This document shows positions 26,983 through 36,354 of a stretch of 64,000 nt of DNA, in pieces. The translations under genes were made by a program, and so were the position numbers. Position 1 is the first letter of the stretch, and each line of letters opens with the position of its first letter. Source of the DNA: Eubacteriales bacterium (GTDB taxonomy: Bacteria; Bacillota; Clostridia; Oscillospirales; CAG-272); contig JAZQGR010000075.1 in the NCBI GenBank assembly GCA_045540115.1, positions 74,805-138,804 on the forward strand, read 5' to 3'. The notes under the pieces were generated by a model that was not told where the DNA came from, did no database searches, and saw only the letters and a list, made by a program, of their open reading frames with translations.

Positions 26983-28107
26983 ATGAATATAGGACTGCTC
27001 GGCTTTGGAGCTATGGGAAAGACGCATACGTATTCGGTTAAAAACCTGCCGTTCTTCTACGGAGCCGGGTATGAAAACGATAAAATAGTTGCCCTCTGCT
27101 CGGGGCATTATGAGAACGCCGTCAAAGCAGTTAATGAGTTTTCCCTTGGACGCGCCTGCAAAAGCGAGGACGAGATCATAAACGATCCGAATATTGATAT
27201 AGTCGATATTTGTACTCCGAATATTTACCACTATGAAACCGTTAAAAAGGCGCTTAGCGCAGGCAAACACGTTTACTGCGAAAAGCCGCTTGCGGTCACC
27301 TATTATGAGGCAAAGGAGCTTTGCGACTTAGCCGAAAGTAAGGGGCTTACCTGCCGTATCGTATTCAATAACCGTTTTATGCCTGCGGTAATGAGAGCGA
27401 AGGAAATTGTGGAAAGCGGACGGCTCGGAAACGTGATAACCTTCCGCGTCGCTTATCTTCACGCAAGCTGTATAGATCCCAACAAAAAAGCGGGCTGGAA
27501 GCAGGACCGCGACATCTGCGGCGGCGGAGTTCTTTTCGACCTTGGGTCGCACGCAATCGACCTCGTCCGTTACCTTTGCGGAGAGATAGCTTCGGTCAGC
27601 GGCAGAAGTCAGATATATCATAAGAACCGTCTCGGCGTTGACGGCAAGGCGTGGGAGACAAACGCTGACGAAGCGTTTTACATTACAGCTGAGCTTGAAA
27701 ACGGCGGTATGGGAACTATCGAAGCAAATAAGCTCGCTATCGGAACGAATGACGATCTCTCGTTTGAAATATACGGTGAAAAGGGTGCGCTCAAGTATTC
27801 GCTTATGCAGCCGAATTACCTGCGTTATTACGACGGAGAGCGAGCGGGCGGCGTTTTAGGAGGAGACGGCGGATTTACCGATATTGAATGCGTCGGCAGA
27901 TACCCTGCGCCGGGCGGAATATTCCCGTCGTTCAAGGCGCCTGTCGGCTGGCTTATGGGACACGTTGAGTCTTACCGCGACTTCCTTGACGCAATAAAGA
28001 ATGGAAGCGTTTCTAAGCCCGATTTTAAGGACGGCGCAAGAGTACAGCTTATAATGGAGAAGGCATACGAGTCGGCTGATAACGGCTCGGTAAGCATTCG
28101 CGTTTGA
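26983..28107 (+). CDS. Gfo/Idh/MocA-family NAD(P)-dependent oxidoreductase
   Basis: N-terminal Rossmann motif MNIGLLGFGAMGKTH, and EKPLA in CEKPLAVTYYEA. Confidence 0.8.
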   Translation: MNIGLLGFGAMGKTHTYSVKNLPFFYGAGYENDKIVALCSGHYENAVKAVNEFSLGRACKSEDEIINDPNIDIVDICTPNIYHYETVKKALSAGKHVYCEKPLAVTYYEAKELCDLAESKGLTCRIVFNNRFMPAVMRAKEIVESGRLGNVITFRVAYLHASCIDPNKKAGWKQDRDICGGGVLFDLGSHAIDLVRYLCGEIASVSGRSQIYHKNRLGVDGKAWETNADEAFYITAELENGGMGTIEANKLAIGTNDDLSFEIYGEKGALKYSLMQPNYLRYYDGERAGGVLGGDGGFTDIECVGRYPAPGGIFPSFKAPVGWLMGHVESYRDFLDAIKNGSVSKPDFKDGARVQLIMEKAYESADNGSVSIRV

Positions 28108-28145
28108 CCGACCGACGGCGGTTTTCCGTCGGAGAATGAGGAACT

Positions 28146-28763
28146 ATGCTTACAGTAGGACTGACGGGCAGCTCGGGAAGCGGTAAGGGTTACGTATCCG
28201 ATATAATGAAGAGCGTCGGAATACCTTGCCTTGACACAGACAAGGTCTGCCGTAACGTCTATATGAAGGGAAACGAGTGCTACGACGATCTTGTGCGCAA
28301 TTTCGGAGATACCATTCTCGGAGATGATGGTGAGATCGACCGAAAGAAGCTCTTTAACCTAACGTTTACAGATAAAGAAAAATACGAGCAGTTAAATTCG
28401 ATCGCTTTTTATCACATAATGCGTCAGACGAAAAAATGGCTCGATGAGCGCGAAAGCGAGGGTGAGAAGATAGTCGTTATCGACGCGCCGATGCTTTACG
28501 AAAGCGGATTTGATAAGATGTGTCAAAAGGTCATTTGCGTAACCGCCGATACACCGACACAGGTCAGCCGTATCATGAAGCGCGACGGTATCTCAGAAGA
28601 AGAGGCGCGAGTTCGCCTGAGCAAGCAGAAGGCGAATATTTACTACACCTCAAAGGCGGATTACGAGCTTAATAACTCGATCCGTAACGAGCACAATATT
28701 TACACCGAAACTACGCGTCTTGTCGGCGTTTTGCGCCGCCACGAGGCGAGGATGAATAAATAA
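28146..28763 (+). CDS. coaE: Dephospho-CoA kinase
   Basis: VGLTGSSGSGKGYVS P-loop, LDTDKV, and a length of about 200 aa. Confidence 0.85.
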   Translation: MLTVGLTGSSGSGKGYVSDIMKSVGIPCLDTDKVCRNVYMKGNECYDDLVRNFGDTILGDDGEIDRKKLFNLTFTDKEKYEQLNSIAFYHIMRQTKKWLDERESEGEKIVVIDAPMLYESGFDKMCQKVICVTADTPTQVSRIMKRDGISEEEARVRLSKQKANIYYTSKADYELNNSIRNEHNIYTETTRLVGVLRRHEARMNK

Positions 28764-28790
28764 ATTATAATTCCGAAGGAGAATTTGAAA

Positions 28791-30179
28791 ATGGATGTAA
28801 AAGAACTCAAGGCACAGCTCGAATACAAGAACAAAAACGTATTCGACATTATTTCCGAGGACGAGCTTGAAAGATCGTTTGCATACGCTGAGGCGTACAA
28901 GCTTTTCCTTGACAATGCAAAGACCGAAAGAGAAGCGGTAAAGTACGCTATCGCTATGGTCGAAAAGAAGGGCTACACCGAGTACCACTTCGGCGACGAG
29001 CTTCAGGTTGGCGGTACTTACTACTATAACAACAGAGGCAAGATGCTCATCGTATTCAAGGTCGGTGAAAACGACATTGAAAAGGACGGCGCATATATCG
29101 TTGCCGCGCATATAGACTCTCCCCGTATCGACCTCAAGCAGAACCCTCTTTACGAGGCAGACGGCTTCGGTATGTTCAAGACCCACTACTATGGCGGTGT
29201 TAAAAAGTATCAGTGGACGACCGTTCCGCTTGCGCTTCACGGCGTAATGGTCAAGCGCGACGGCGAGGTCGTTGATATCTGCATCGGTGAAGACGAGGAG
29301 GATCCGATCTTCTATATTTCCGATCTTCTTCCTCACCTTGCAAAGGATCAGATGACGAAGACTCTCGCAGAGGGAATCACGGGCGAAGGTCTTAACATTA
29401 TCGTTGGTACCGAGCCCTACCGTGATGAGGAGACCGACGGCGCTATCCGTCTCAACCTTCTCCGCATCCTTAATGAAAAGTACGGTATTACCGAGGAGGA
29501 CTTCATCTCCGCAGAGCTTACCGCAGTTCCCGCACTCAAGGCAAGAGACATCGGTCTTGACCGTTCTCTTATCGGCGGCTACGGTCACGACGACCGCGTT
29601 TGCGCTTACCCTGCAGTAACAGCACTTCTTGACAATCCCGACACCAAGAAGACCGTATTTGCTATCCTTGCCGACAAGGAAGAGGTAGGAAGCGACGGCG
29701 TAACCGGTATGCAGAGCTTGGCGTTCACCGACATTCTTGAAGAAGTTTGCGACGCTCTCGGCGCAAATTACCGTAAGGTCAAGGCAAATTCGAAGTGCCT
29801 CTCCGCTGACGTTAATGCAGCGTTTGACCCGAATTTCCCCGAGGTTCTCGAAAGAAAGAACGCTTGCTACGCTAACTGCGGAGTCGTTCTCTCCAAGTTT
29901 ACCGGCTCGAGAGGAAAGTCCGGTACCTCCGACGCCACCTCCGAGTTTACCGCTTACGTAAGAAATATGCTCAACGAAGCAGGCGTCGAGTGGCAGATGG
30001 CGGAGCTCGGTAAGGTCGATCAGGGCGGCGGCGGAACCGTTGCAAAGTTCATCGCAAATCATAATATAGACACCCTTGACGTTGGCGTTCCGGTCATCTC
30101 GATGCACGCTCCCTATGAAGCAATTTCGAAGCTTGACCTCTATATGACCTACAAGGCATTTGCCGCGTTTGTAAAATAA
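28791..30179 (+). CDS. M18-family aminopeptidase
   Basis: AAHIDSPRIDLKQNP, GYGHDDRVCAY and ISMHAPYE. RBS AAGGAGA lies before ATG 28791. Confidence 0.8.
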   Translation: MDVKELKAQLEYKNKNVFDIISEDELERSFAYAEAYKLFLDNAKTEREAVKYAIAMVEKKGYTEYHFGDELQVGGTYYYNNRGKMLIVFKVGENDIEKDGAYIVAAHIDSPRIDLKQNPLYEADGFGMFKTHYYGGVKKYQWTTVPLALHGVMVKRDGEVVDICIGEDEEDPIFYISDLLPHLAKDQMTKTLAEGITGEGLNIIVGTEPYRDEETDGAIRLNLLRILNEKYGITEEDFISAELTAVPALKARDIGLDRSLIGGYGHDDRVCAYPAVTALLDNPDTKKTVFAILADKEEVGSDGVTGMQSLAFTDILEEVCDALGANYRKVKANSKCLSADVNAAFDPNFPEVLERKNACYANCGVVLSKFTGSRGKSGTSDATSEFTAYVRNMLNEAGVEWQMAELGKVDQGGGGTVAKFIANHNIDTLDVGVPVISMHAPYEAISKLDLYMTYKAFAAFVK

Positions 30180-31249
30180 TGCTTGACAAGCTGAAGGAGG
30201 CGGAGCTTTATTACAACGGCGTCTGTCATAAGCTTTCGACTCCCGAGGCACTTACCGATCCCTCGGAGATCCGTCGGCTTATGCAGGAGGAGAGAAAGCT
30301 CTCGCCTATAATCGAAAAATACCGCGAATATAAGTCGGTTACCTCTCGCCTTGAAGAAGCGCTTATTCTTCAAGGTGAGAGCGACCAAGAGCTTCAGGAG
30401 CTGGCTGAAGAGGAGATAAAGCTCTGCCGTCCGCTCATCGAGGAGATTAAAAAAGAGCTTACCGTGCTTCTGCTTCCTCAAGATCCTAACGATGAAAAGA
30501 ATGTTGTCGTTGAGATAAGAGCAGGAGCAGGCGGTGAGGAGGCGGCACTGTTCGCCTACGATCTTTACCGTATGTACAGCATGTATGCTTCTCAGATCGG
30601 TTTTAAGCTTGAGACCGCATACGTGAACGAGACCGAGCTTGGCGGATATAAGGAAATATCCTTTACAGTTGAGGGAAGCGGCGCATATTCACGACTCAAA
30701 TATGAAAGCGGCGTTCACCGCGTTCAGAGAGTTCCCGATACCGAGTCGCAGGGAAGAATACACACCTCGACTGTTACCGTTGCAGTCCTTCCTGAGGCGG
30801 AGGAGGTCGAGCTTGAGATCAATCCTGCGGATATTGTAGTTGAAACCATGAAGAGTTCGGGCGCGGGCGGCCAGCATATCAATAAAACTGAAAGCGCCGT
30901 GAGACTTATTCATAAGCCGTCGGGAATGGTCATTGAGTGCCGTGAGGAAAGATCGCAGTACAAGAACCGCGACAAGGCGATGAAGCTTCTTCGTACACGT
31001 CTTTACGATCAGATGTGCCGCGAGCAGGAGGGCAAGCTTGCCGATGCACGCCGTACACAGGTCGGCACGGGCGACAGAAGTGAGAAAATAAGAACCTATA
31101 ACTTCCCGCAAAGGCGCGTGACCGATCACCGTATCGGATATACCGTCCATACTCTTGACGCGTTTCTAAACGGAAATATCGGCGCACTCATTGATGCGCT
31201 TGCCTCGGCAGATACTGCCGAAAAACTCAAAAATTCAGGTGAAAAATGA
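30179..31249 (+). CDS. prfA: Peptide chain release factor 1
   Basis: GGQ motif (SGAGGQHINKTESAVR) and PxT-type motif (RVQRVPDTESQGRIHTS). Confidence 0.93.
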   Translation: MLDKLKEAELYYNGVCHKLSTPEALTDPSEIRRLMQEERKLSPIIEKYREYKSVTSRLEEALILQGESDQELQELAEEEIKLCRPLIEEIKKELTVLLLPQDPNDEKNVVVEIRAGAGGEEAALFAYDLYRMYSMYASQIGFKLETAYVNETELGGYKEISFTVEGSGAYSRLKYESGVHRVQRVPDTESQGRIHTSTVTVAVLPEAEEVELEINPADIVVETMKSSGAGGQHINKTESAVRLIHKPSGMVIECREERSQYKNRDKAMKLLRTRLYDQMCREQEGKLADARRTQVGTGDRSEKIRTYNFPQRRVTDHRIGYTVHTLDAFLNGNIGALIDALASADTAEKLKNSGEK

Positions 31250-32259
31250 AAACTCTGATAATTCGGTACGAGGGCAAGGATTCTCTTATACCGGCGGCGG
31301 AGATAATAAAAAAGGGCGGAATCGTCGCATTTCCTACCGAGACTGTATACGGTCTCGGCGGTAACGCGCTCGATCCTGACGCGGCGTCGAAGATATACGC
31401 CGCAAAGGGACGCCCGTCCGATAATCCGCTGATAGTACATTTAGATAAATATGAAAATGCAGGCATCTACGCGCATACTACGCCTCTGTTTTTTGATATT
31501 GCAGACGCGTTTATGCCGGGACCTATTACCGTTATTCTGAAGAAGCGAAGCTTCATTCCCGACAGCGTGACGGGCGGTCTTGATACCGTAGGTCTTCGCG
31601 TTCCGTCGAACCATATCGCGAGAGAACTTATCGAGCTTTCGGGTGTTCCGATAGCGGCGCCGTCGGCTAATATTTCAGGAAAGCCGAGTCCGACGTCGTT
31701 TGAGCACGTCTATCACGATCTTGACGGTAAGGTTGATGCAATAATCGACGGCGGCAACTGTGACTTTGGCGTTGAAAGTACGATCGTCAAGCTTGAAGAT
31801 AAGACCATTCAGCTTCTTCGTCCCGGTGCGGTAACGGTTGAAATGCTTTCGCTTTTCGGAGACGGGCTCTATATCGATCCTGCAGTTACGGAAAAATTCG
31901 ACGGCACGCCGCTTGCTCCGGGTATGAAATACCGTCACTACGCACCGTCAACTCCGCTTACCGTCCTTGACGGAAGCGATAAGGAAGTTTATTCGTATCT
32001 TTCCGACCGTAAGGACGTCGGAGTTATATGCTTCGACGAGGACCTGCCGCACCTGAGTAACGCTTACGTTATCTCTTGCGGATCGGTCTCCGATACTCTT
32101 ACGCAGGCGAAGATGCTCTTTGAGTGTCTGCGCAGGATGGACGGTAGAACTGATCTTAAACATATTTACGCAAGGATGCCGTCGAAGATCGGAATCGGTC
32201 TTGCGGTATTCAACCGACTGATAAAAGCAGCCGGCTTCAGCGTAGTTACGCTTAAATAA
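31246..32259 (+). CDS. tsaC: L-threonylcarbamoyladenylate synthase, long Sua5/YwlC form
   Basis: FPTETVYGLGGNA and KGRPSDNPLIVH, plus a C-terminal Sua5 domain. It overlaps prfA by 4 nt. Confidence 0.88.
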   Translation: MKTLIIRYEGKDSLIPAAEIIKKGGIVAFPTETVYGLGGNALDPDAASKIYAAKGRPSDNPLIVHLDKYENAGIYAHTTPLFFDIADAFMPGPITVILKKRSFIPDSVTGGLDTVGLRVPSNHIARELIELSGVPIAAPSANISGKPSPTSFEHVYHDLDGKVDAIIDGGNCDFGVESTIVKLEDKTIQLLRPGAVTVEMLSLFGDGLYIDPAVTEKFDGTPLAPGMKYRHYAPSTPLTVLDGSDKEVYSYLSDRKDVGVICFDEDLPHLSNAYVISCGSVSDTLTQAKMLFECLRRMDGRTDLKHIYARMPSKIGIGLAVFNRLIKAAGFSVVTLK

Positions 32260-32280
32260 CAAAGAACAGGATTAATTAAA

Positions 32281-34536
32281 ATGGCAAAGAAAAAAGCCGC
32301 TTCTTCCCGTATTTCGGTTCCGACAGTTCAGGCGGAGATTCGCCCTCAGATAATTACCGAAACAATAGAAAAAAACTTTATGCCCTACGCGATGAGCGTT
32401 ATAGTATCGCGTGCGATCCCCGATATCGATGGCTTCAAGCCCGCTCACAGAAAGCTCCTTTATACGATGTATAAGATGGGGCTTCTTACCGGGCAGAAGG
32501 TCAAGAGCGCGACCGTCGTCGGCGAGACTATGAAGCGTCACCCGCACGGCGACCAGGCAATATACGCGACGCTCGTCCGTCTGACGAGAGCAAACGAATC
32601 ACTGCTCCATCCATTTATCGATTCAAAGGGAAGCTTTGGTAAGCATTACAGCTCCGATATGGACTATGCTGCCCCCCGTTATACCGAATGTAAGCTTGAT
32701 AAGCTCAGCGCCGAAATATTCGCGGGAATTGATAAGAATGCAGTTGATCTTGTTGACAACTACGATAATACCCTCAAGGAGCCGACTCTGCTCCCGACGG
32801 CGTTCCCCAATATTCTCGTTTCGCCGAATCTCGGTGTTGCCGTCGGTATGGCATGCTCTATCTGCTCGTTCAATTTAGGAGAGATTTGCGACGGAACGAT
32901 TCAGCTCCTTAAAAACCCGAATACCGATACCGAACGCCTTATGAGCATTATCAAGGCTCCTGATTTTCCGGGCGGCGGAAATCTCATATACGATAAAGAG
33001 AAATATAAGGAGATCTTCGAGACAGGTCACGGATCTCTTAAGGTAAGAGCGAAGTACGTTTATGACAAGAGTGCAAACTGTATCGACGTTCTTGAGATTC
33101 CTTATTCGACCACTATCGAAGCAATAATCAAGAAAATAACGGGTTACATCAAGGAAGGAAAGCTGAAGGAGATCGTTGACGTTCGTGATGAAATCGACCT
33201 TCAGGGCTTCAAGCTGACAATTGATCTTCGTAGAGGTGTTGATCCCGACAAGCTTATGACCAAGCTTTATAAGATGACACCCCTTGAAGACTCCTTTGAA
33301 TGTAACTTCAATATACTTGTTCACGGCACGCCCCGTCTGCTTGGCGTAAAGGCAATTCTTAATGAATGGATCGACTTCAGAATGACTTGCCTGCGCCGTG
33401 AGCTTACATATGACCTCGGAAAGAAGAAGGATAAGCTTCATCTTCTCCTCGGACTCGGTAAGATCCTTCTCGATATCGACAAGGCGATAAAGATCGTTCG
33501 CGAGACAGAAAAGGAAGCAGACGTTGTACCGAACCTTATGAAGGGCTTCTCAATCGACGAGATACAGGCAGAGTATATAGCAGAGATCAAGCTCCGTTAT
33601 CTCAACCGCGAGTATATCATAAGCCGTATAAAGGAGATCGAATCTCTCCAGAAGGAGATAGCCGATCTCGAGCAGCTTATCGCGTCCGATACGAGAATGA
33701 AGAACCGCATCGCGTCTCAGCTTAAGGAGATAAAAGAGAAGTACGGTAAGGAAAGAAAAACTCAGCTTATCGGTGCCGATGACGTCGAGGTCTACGACGA
33801 AAGCGAGCATATCGAGGACTATAACGTCAAGCTGATCTTTACAAAAGAGGGCTACTTCAAAAAGATCACGCTCCTTTCGCTGCGCGGAAACGACGAGCAG
33901 AAGCTCAAGGAGGGCGACTTTGTTGTTGACTCTATCGACGCGTCGAACACAGACGAGCTGATATTCTTCTCGGATAAGGCGCAGGTCTATAAGACGAGAG
34001 TTTGCGACTTTGATACGACGAAGGCATCGCTTCTCGGCGACTATATCCCCGCAAAGCTCGGTTTTGATGAGGGTGAAAAGGCGATCGCAATGAAGAAGCT
34101 CGTTAAGAACGATCTTTACGGCGGACATGCTGTCGTTATATTTAAAAACGGAAAAGGTGTCAAGATCCCGCTTTCCGCTTATGAGACAAAGGGTAACCGT
34201 CGCAAGCTCACCGCTGCATATTCCTCTGCTTGCGAGCCCGCGGGCGTCATACTATGCGAAGCCGGTGAGGATAAAGATATTATGCTTGTTGCCGATAACG
34301 GCAGAGTAATGACGATATCGACAGCTCTTGTTCCCGAAAAGGCAACGAGAACCTCGCAGGGCGTGACGCTTATGCAGATAAAGAACGCGAACGTCGTATT
34401 CGTTACGACCGACATTGCAGCGTTTACCCCTTCCGGCAAGAGCTACAAAAAAAACAAGCTCCCGACAACCGGCTGGACAATTTACGATGAGGACGCCGCG
34501 GCAATGCCTGAAAGCGTCAAGGCAAATCTTTCTTGA
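32281..34536 (+). CDS. parC: Type IIA DNA topoisomerase subunit A (ParC/GyrA family, divergent)
   Basis: IPDIDGFKPAHRKLLY and the catalytic Tyr context AAPRYTECKL. At 751 aa it has a C-terminal beta-pinwheel region. No B subunit is adjacent. The ParC versus GyrA assignment is uncertain. Confidence 0.7.
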   Translation: MAKKKAASSRISVPTVQAEIRPQIITETIEKNFMPYAMSVIVSRAIPDIDGFKPAHRKLLYTMYKMGLLTGQKVKSATVVGETMKRHPHGDQAIYATLVRLTRANESLLHPFIDSKGSFGKHYSSDMDYAAPRYTECKLDKLSAEIFAGIDKNAVDLVDNYDNTLKEPTLLPTAFPNILVSPNLGVAVGMACSICSFNLGEICDGTIQLLKNPNTDTERLMSIIKAPDFPGGGNLIYDKEKYKEIFETGHGSLKVRAKYVYDKSANCIDVLEIPYSTTIEAIIKKITGYIKEGKLKEIVDVRDEIDLQGFKLTIDLRRGVDPDKLMTKLYKMTPLEDSFECNFNILVHGTPRLLGVKAILNEWIDFRMTCLRRELTYDLGKKKDKLHLLLGLGKILLDIDKAIKIVRETEKEADVVPNLMKGFSIDEIQAEYIAEIKLRYLNREYIISRIKEIESLQKEIADLEQLIASDTRMKNRIASQLKEIKEKYGKERKTQLIGADDVEVYDESEHIEDYNVKLIFTKEGYFKKITLLSLRGNDEQKLKEGDFVVDSIDASNTDELIFFSDKAQVYKTRVCDFDTTKASLLGDYIPAKLGFDEGEKAIAMKKLVKNDLYGGHAVVIFKNGKGVKIPLSAYETKGNRRKLTAAYSSACEPAGVILCEAGEDKDIMLVADNGRVMTISTALVPEKATRTSQGVTLMQIKNANVVFVTTDIAAFTPSGKSYKKNKLPTTGWTIYDEDAAAMPESVKANLS

Positions 34537-34555
34537 ATTTCGAGGTGATAATACA

Positions 34556-35830
34556 ATGGCTACAATACTTGAACTTATAAATTCTCTTAAAGGACCGTGT
34601 TCCTGCGGAATGTGTCATGAGACAGCGATCAAGGATATCGTAATTGAATCAGGAGCGGTAAATAAGGTCGGACAGATCCTTGAGCGCAACGGCTTCCCGA
34701 AGAAGCTCCTTCTCGTTGCCGATAAGAACACCTTTAAGGCGGCTGAGGGAATTATTGATTCTCTTAACGGCTTTGATATCGAATATAAAATATACGATAC
34801 TCTCCGCGTTGCTACGATGAAGGAGGTAAATGAGCTCGAGGAGCTTATAAAGGATAAGGATATCGGCGTTCTCTCCGTCGGTAGCGGCTCTATAAACGAT
34901 CCTTGCCGCCTTGCATCCGCAAGACAGAATAAGCCTCTCTGTATATTTGCAACAGCCCCATCGATGGACGGCTTCGCATCTTACGGCGCACCGATCGTAG
35001 ACAAGGGCTTCAAGTTCAGCTATTCGGCAAAAAGCCCCGAGGTAATAATCGGTGATACGAAGATCCTCGCGTCGGCCCCTTCTGAGCTTAAATCTGCAGG
35101 CTTTGGAGATATGATCGCAAAGTACGTCGGTCTTGTCGACTGGAAGGTATCGAGTATCCTTACAGACGAAATATATTGCGAGAGGGTAGCGGCTCTGACA
35201 AGAGATGCGGTCGACGAGCTTGTCGAGCTTGCGGATAAGGTTACGGTTAATGATGAAGTAACTGCGGGAAAGATATTTGAAGCGCTTCTCAAAACGGGTG
35301 TCGGAATGTCGTTCATGCAGAACTCTCGTCCCGCGAGCGGAGCGGAGCATATAGTTGCTCACATTCTTGAATGTAAGGAGCTTCCCCACGGTGTTATCCC
35401 GAATTATCACGGCCACGACGTCGGAGTTTCGACTCTCAATATGCTCAAATACTACGAGCTTATCGCATCCCACGAATCTGTTAAGGCTCATTATGAAAAC
35501 GTTGATTGGAATGAGGTTTTCGAGTTTTACGGCGACCTTTCCGACGACGTAAAGAAGGTCAATTTCCCCGAAAACATTGTCGACGGTATTACTCCCGAGT
35601 CAATCGAAGAAAACTGGGAAAAAATAAGACAGATAATTTACAGCGTTCCGTCATACGCGAAGTGCAAGGAAGCGATGATAAAGGCGGGATGCAAGATCAC
35701 AGTTGACGACATTGGAAAGGACAGAAAGCTCTTTAACGACTGCGTGAAGTATTCTCCCTTTATGAGAAAGCGTCTCACGCTTTTGCGCCTGAGCGGCATG
35801 ACAGGTATTTTGCCGCCCGACGCCGAATAA
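34556..35830 (+). CDS. sn-glycerol-1-phosphate dehydrogenase (AraM/EgsA family, iron-containing ADH superfamily)
   Basis: GSGSINDPCR, TAPSMDGFASYGAPIV, SAGFGDMIAKYVGLVDWKVS and SRPASGAEHIVAH parallel B. subtilis AraM motifs. RBS GAGGTGA lies before ATG 34556. Confidence 0.8.
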   Translation: MATILELINSLKGPCSCGMCHETAIKDIVIESGAVNKVGQILERNGFPKKLLLVADKNTFKAAEGIIDSLNGFDIEYKIYDTLRVATMKEVNELEELIKDKDIGVLSVGSGSINDPCRLASARQNKPLCIFATAPSMDGFASYGAPIVDKGFKFSYSAKSPEVIIGDTKILASAPSELKSAGFGDMIAKYVGLVDWKVSSILTDEIYCERVAALTRDAVDELVELADKVTVNDEVTAGKIFEALLKTGVGMSFMQNSRPASGAEHIVAHILECKELPHGVIPNYHGHDVGVSTLNMLKYYELIASHESVKAHYENVDWNEVFEFYGDLSDDVKKVNFPENIVDGITPESIEENWEKIRQIIYSVPSYAKCKEAMIKAGCKITVDDIGKDRKLFNDCVKYSPFMRKRLTLLRLSGMTGILPPDAE

Positions 35831-35850
35831 ACCTGAGAAAGGATATTAAT

Positions 35851-36354
35851 ATGAAGAACTTAAAGAAGTCCGTTCTTACTTTTGTTCTTATAATTACAAT
35901 ACTTACCTTCGGAGTATCTGCTGACGAGGCATATTCGAGCAAGAACGATCCGCTCGTATCTCTTAGCTACGTTAACGACGTGCTCGGCCCTCAGATAATG
36001 AAGCAGGTGCTTGAAAAGATCGATAGCCAATATGTCAAGATCAGCGATATTACCGATATGTCAAGCGGTGATTATCAGCTTGTCACCCTGAGTAAGGGCG
36101 ATACCCTTATGTGTAAGGGCGTTTGCGAGATAGTACTGCTTTCGGGCAACGCGACCACCATCATTACCTCCTCGTCGAATATCGAGGCAGGGCAAGGCTT
36201 GGTCGACGTGACCGACGGTGCTATAGTCACAAACGGTGTGCTAATCAAGGCAAATCATAAGATAATCATACCCAAAGCTGACGGCAGAGGAATTATTGTG
36301 ACTGGTGACAGTGTAAGCTTGCTTGTGAGAGGAGCGTACACCATTGCGGATTGA
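35851..36354 (+). CDS. Small secreted protein of unknown function
   Basis: Signal peptide MKNLKKSVLTFVLIITILTFGVSADEA. RBS GAAAGGA. It overlaps the next gene by 11 nt. Confidence 0.6.
   Translation: MKNLKKSVLTFVLIITILTFGVSADEAYSSKNDPLVSLSYVNDVLGPQIMKQVLEKIDSQYVKISDITDMSSGDYQLVTLSKGDTLMCKGVCEIVLLSGNATTIITSSSNIEAGQGLVDVTDGAIVTNGVLIKANHKIIIPKADGRGIIVTGDSVSLLVRGAYTIAD

Noticed and set aside
28650-30251. A 533-aa antisense ORF covering the whole M18 aminopeptidase gene.
   Set aside because: It is in exact codon register with the sense gene, so antisense stops can arise only from sense TTA, CTA or TCA codons, which this gene avoids. The predicted protein is Cys/Arg/Val-rich low-quality sequence with no RBS or recognisable motif. 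The sense-strand product has clear M18 motifs. I treat it as a codon-bias artefact.
30179-31249. The RF1 tripeptide reads PDT rather than the E. coli PAT.
   Set aside because: The motif is PxT and the middle residue varies among bacteria (B. subtilis has PET as I recall), so this is ordinary.
34415-34555. 5' extension of the G1PDH ORF that overlaps the end of parC.
   Set aside because: There is no RBS. The sequence is an out-of-frame read of parC. A good RBS (GAGGTGA) precedes ATG 34556. Similar trimmed extensions are 52652-52747, 22317-22376, 6268-6384, 60312-60347 and 42262-42282.
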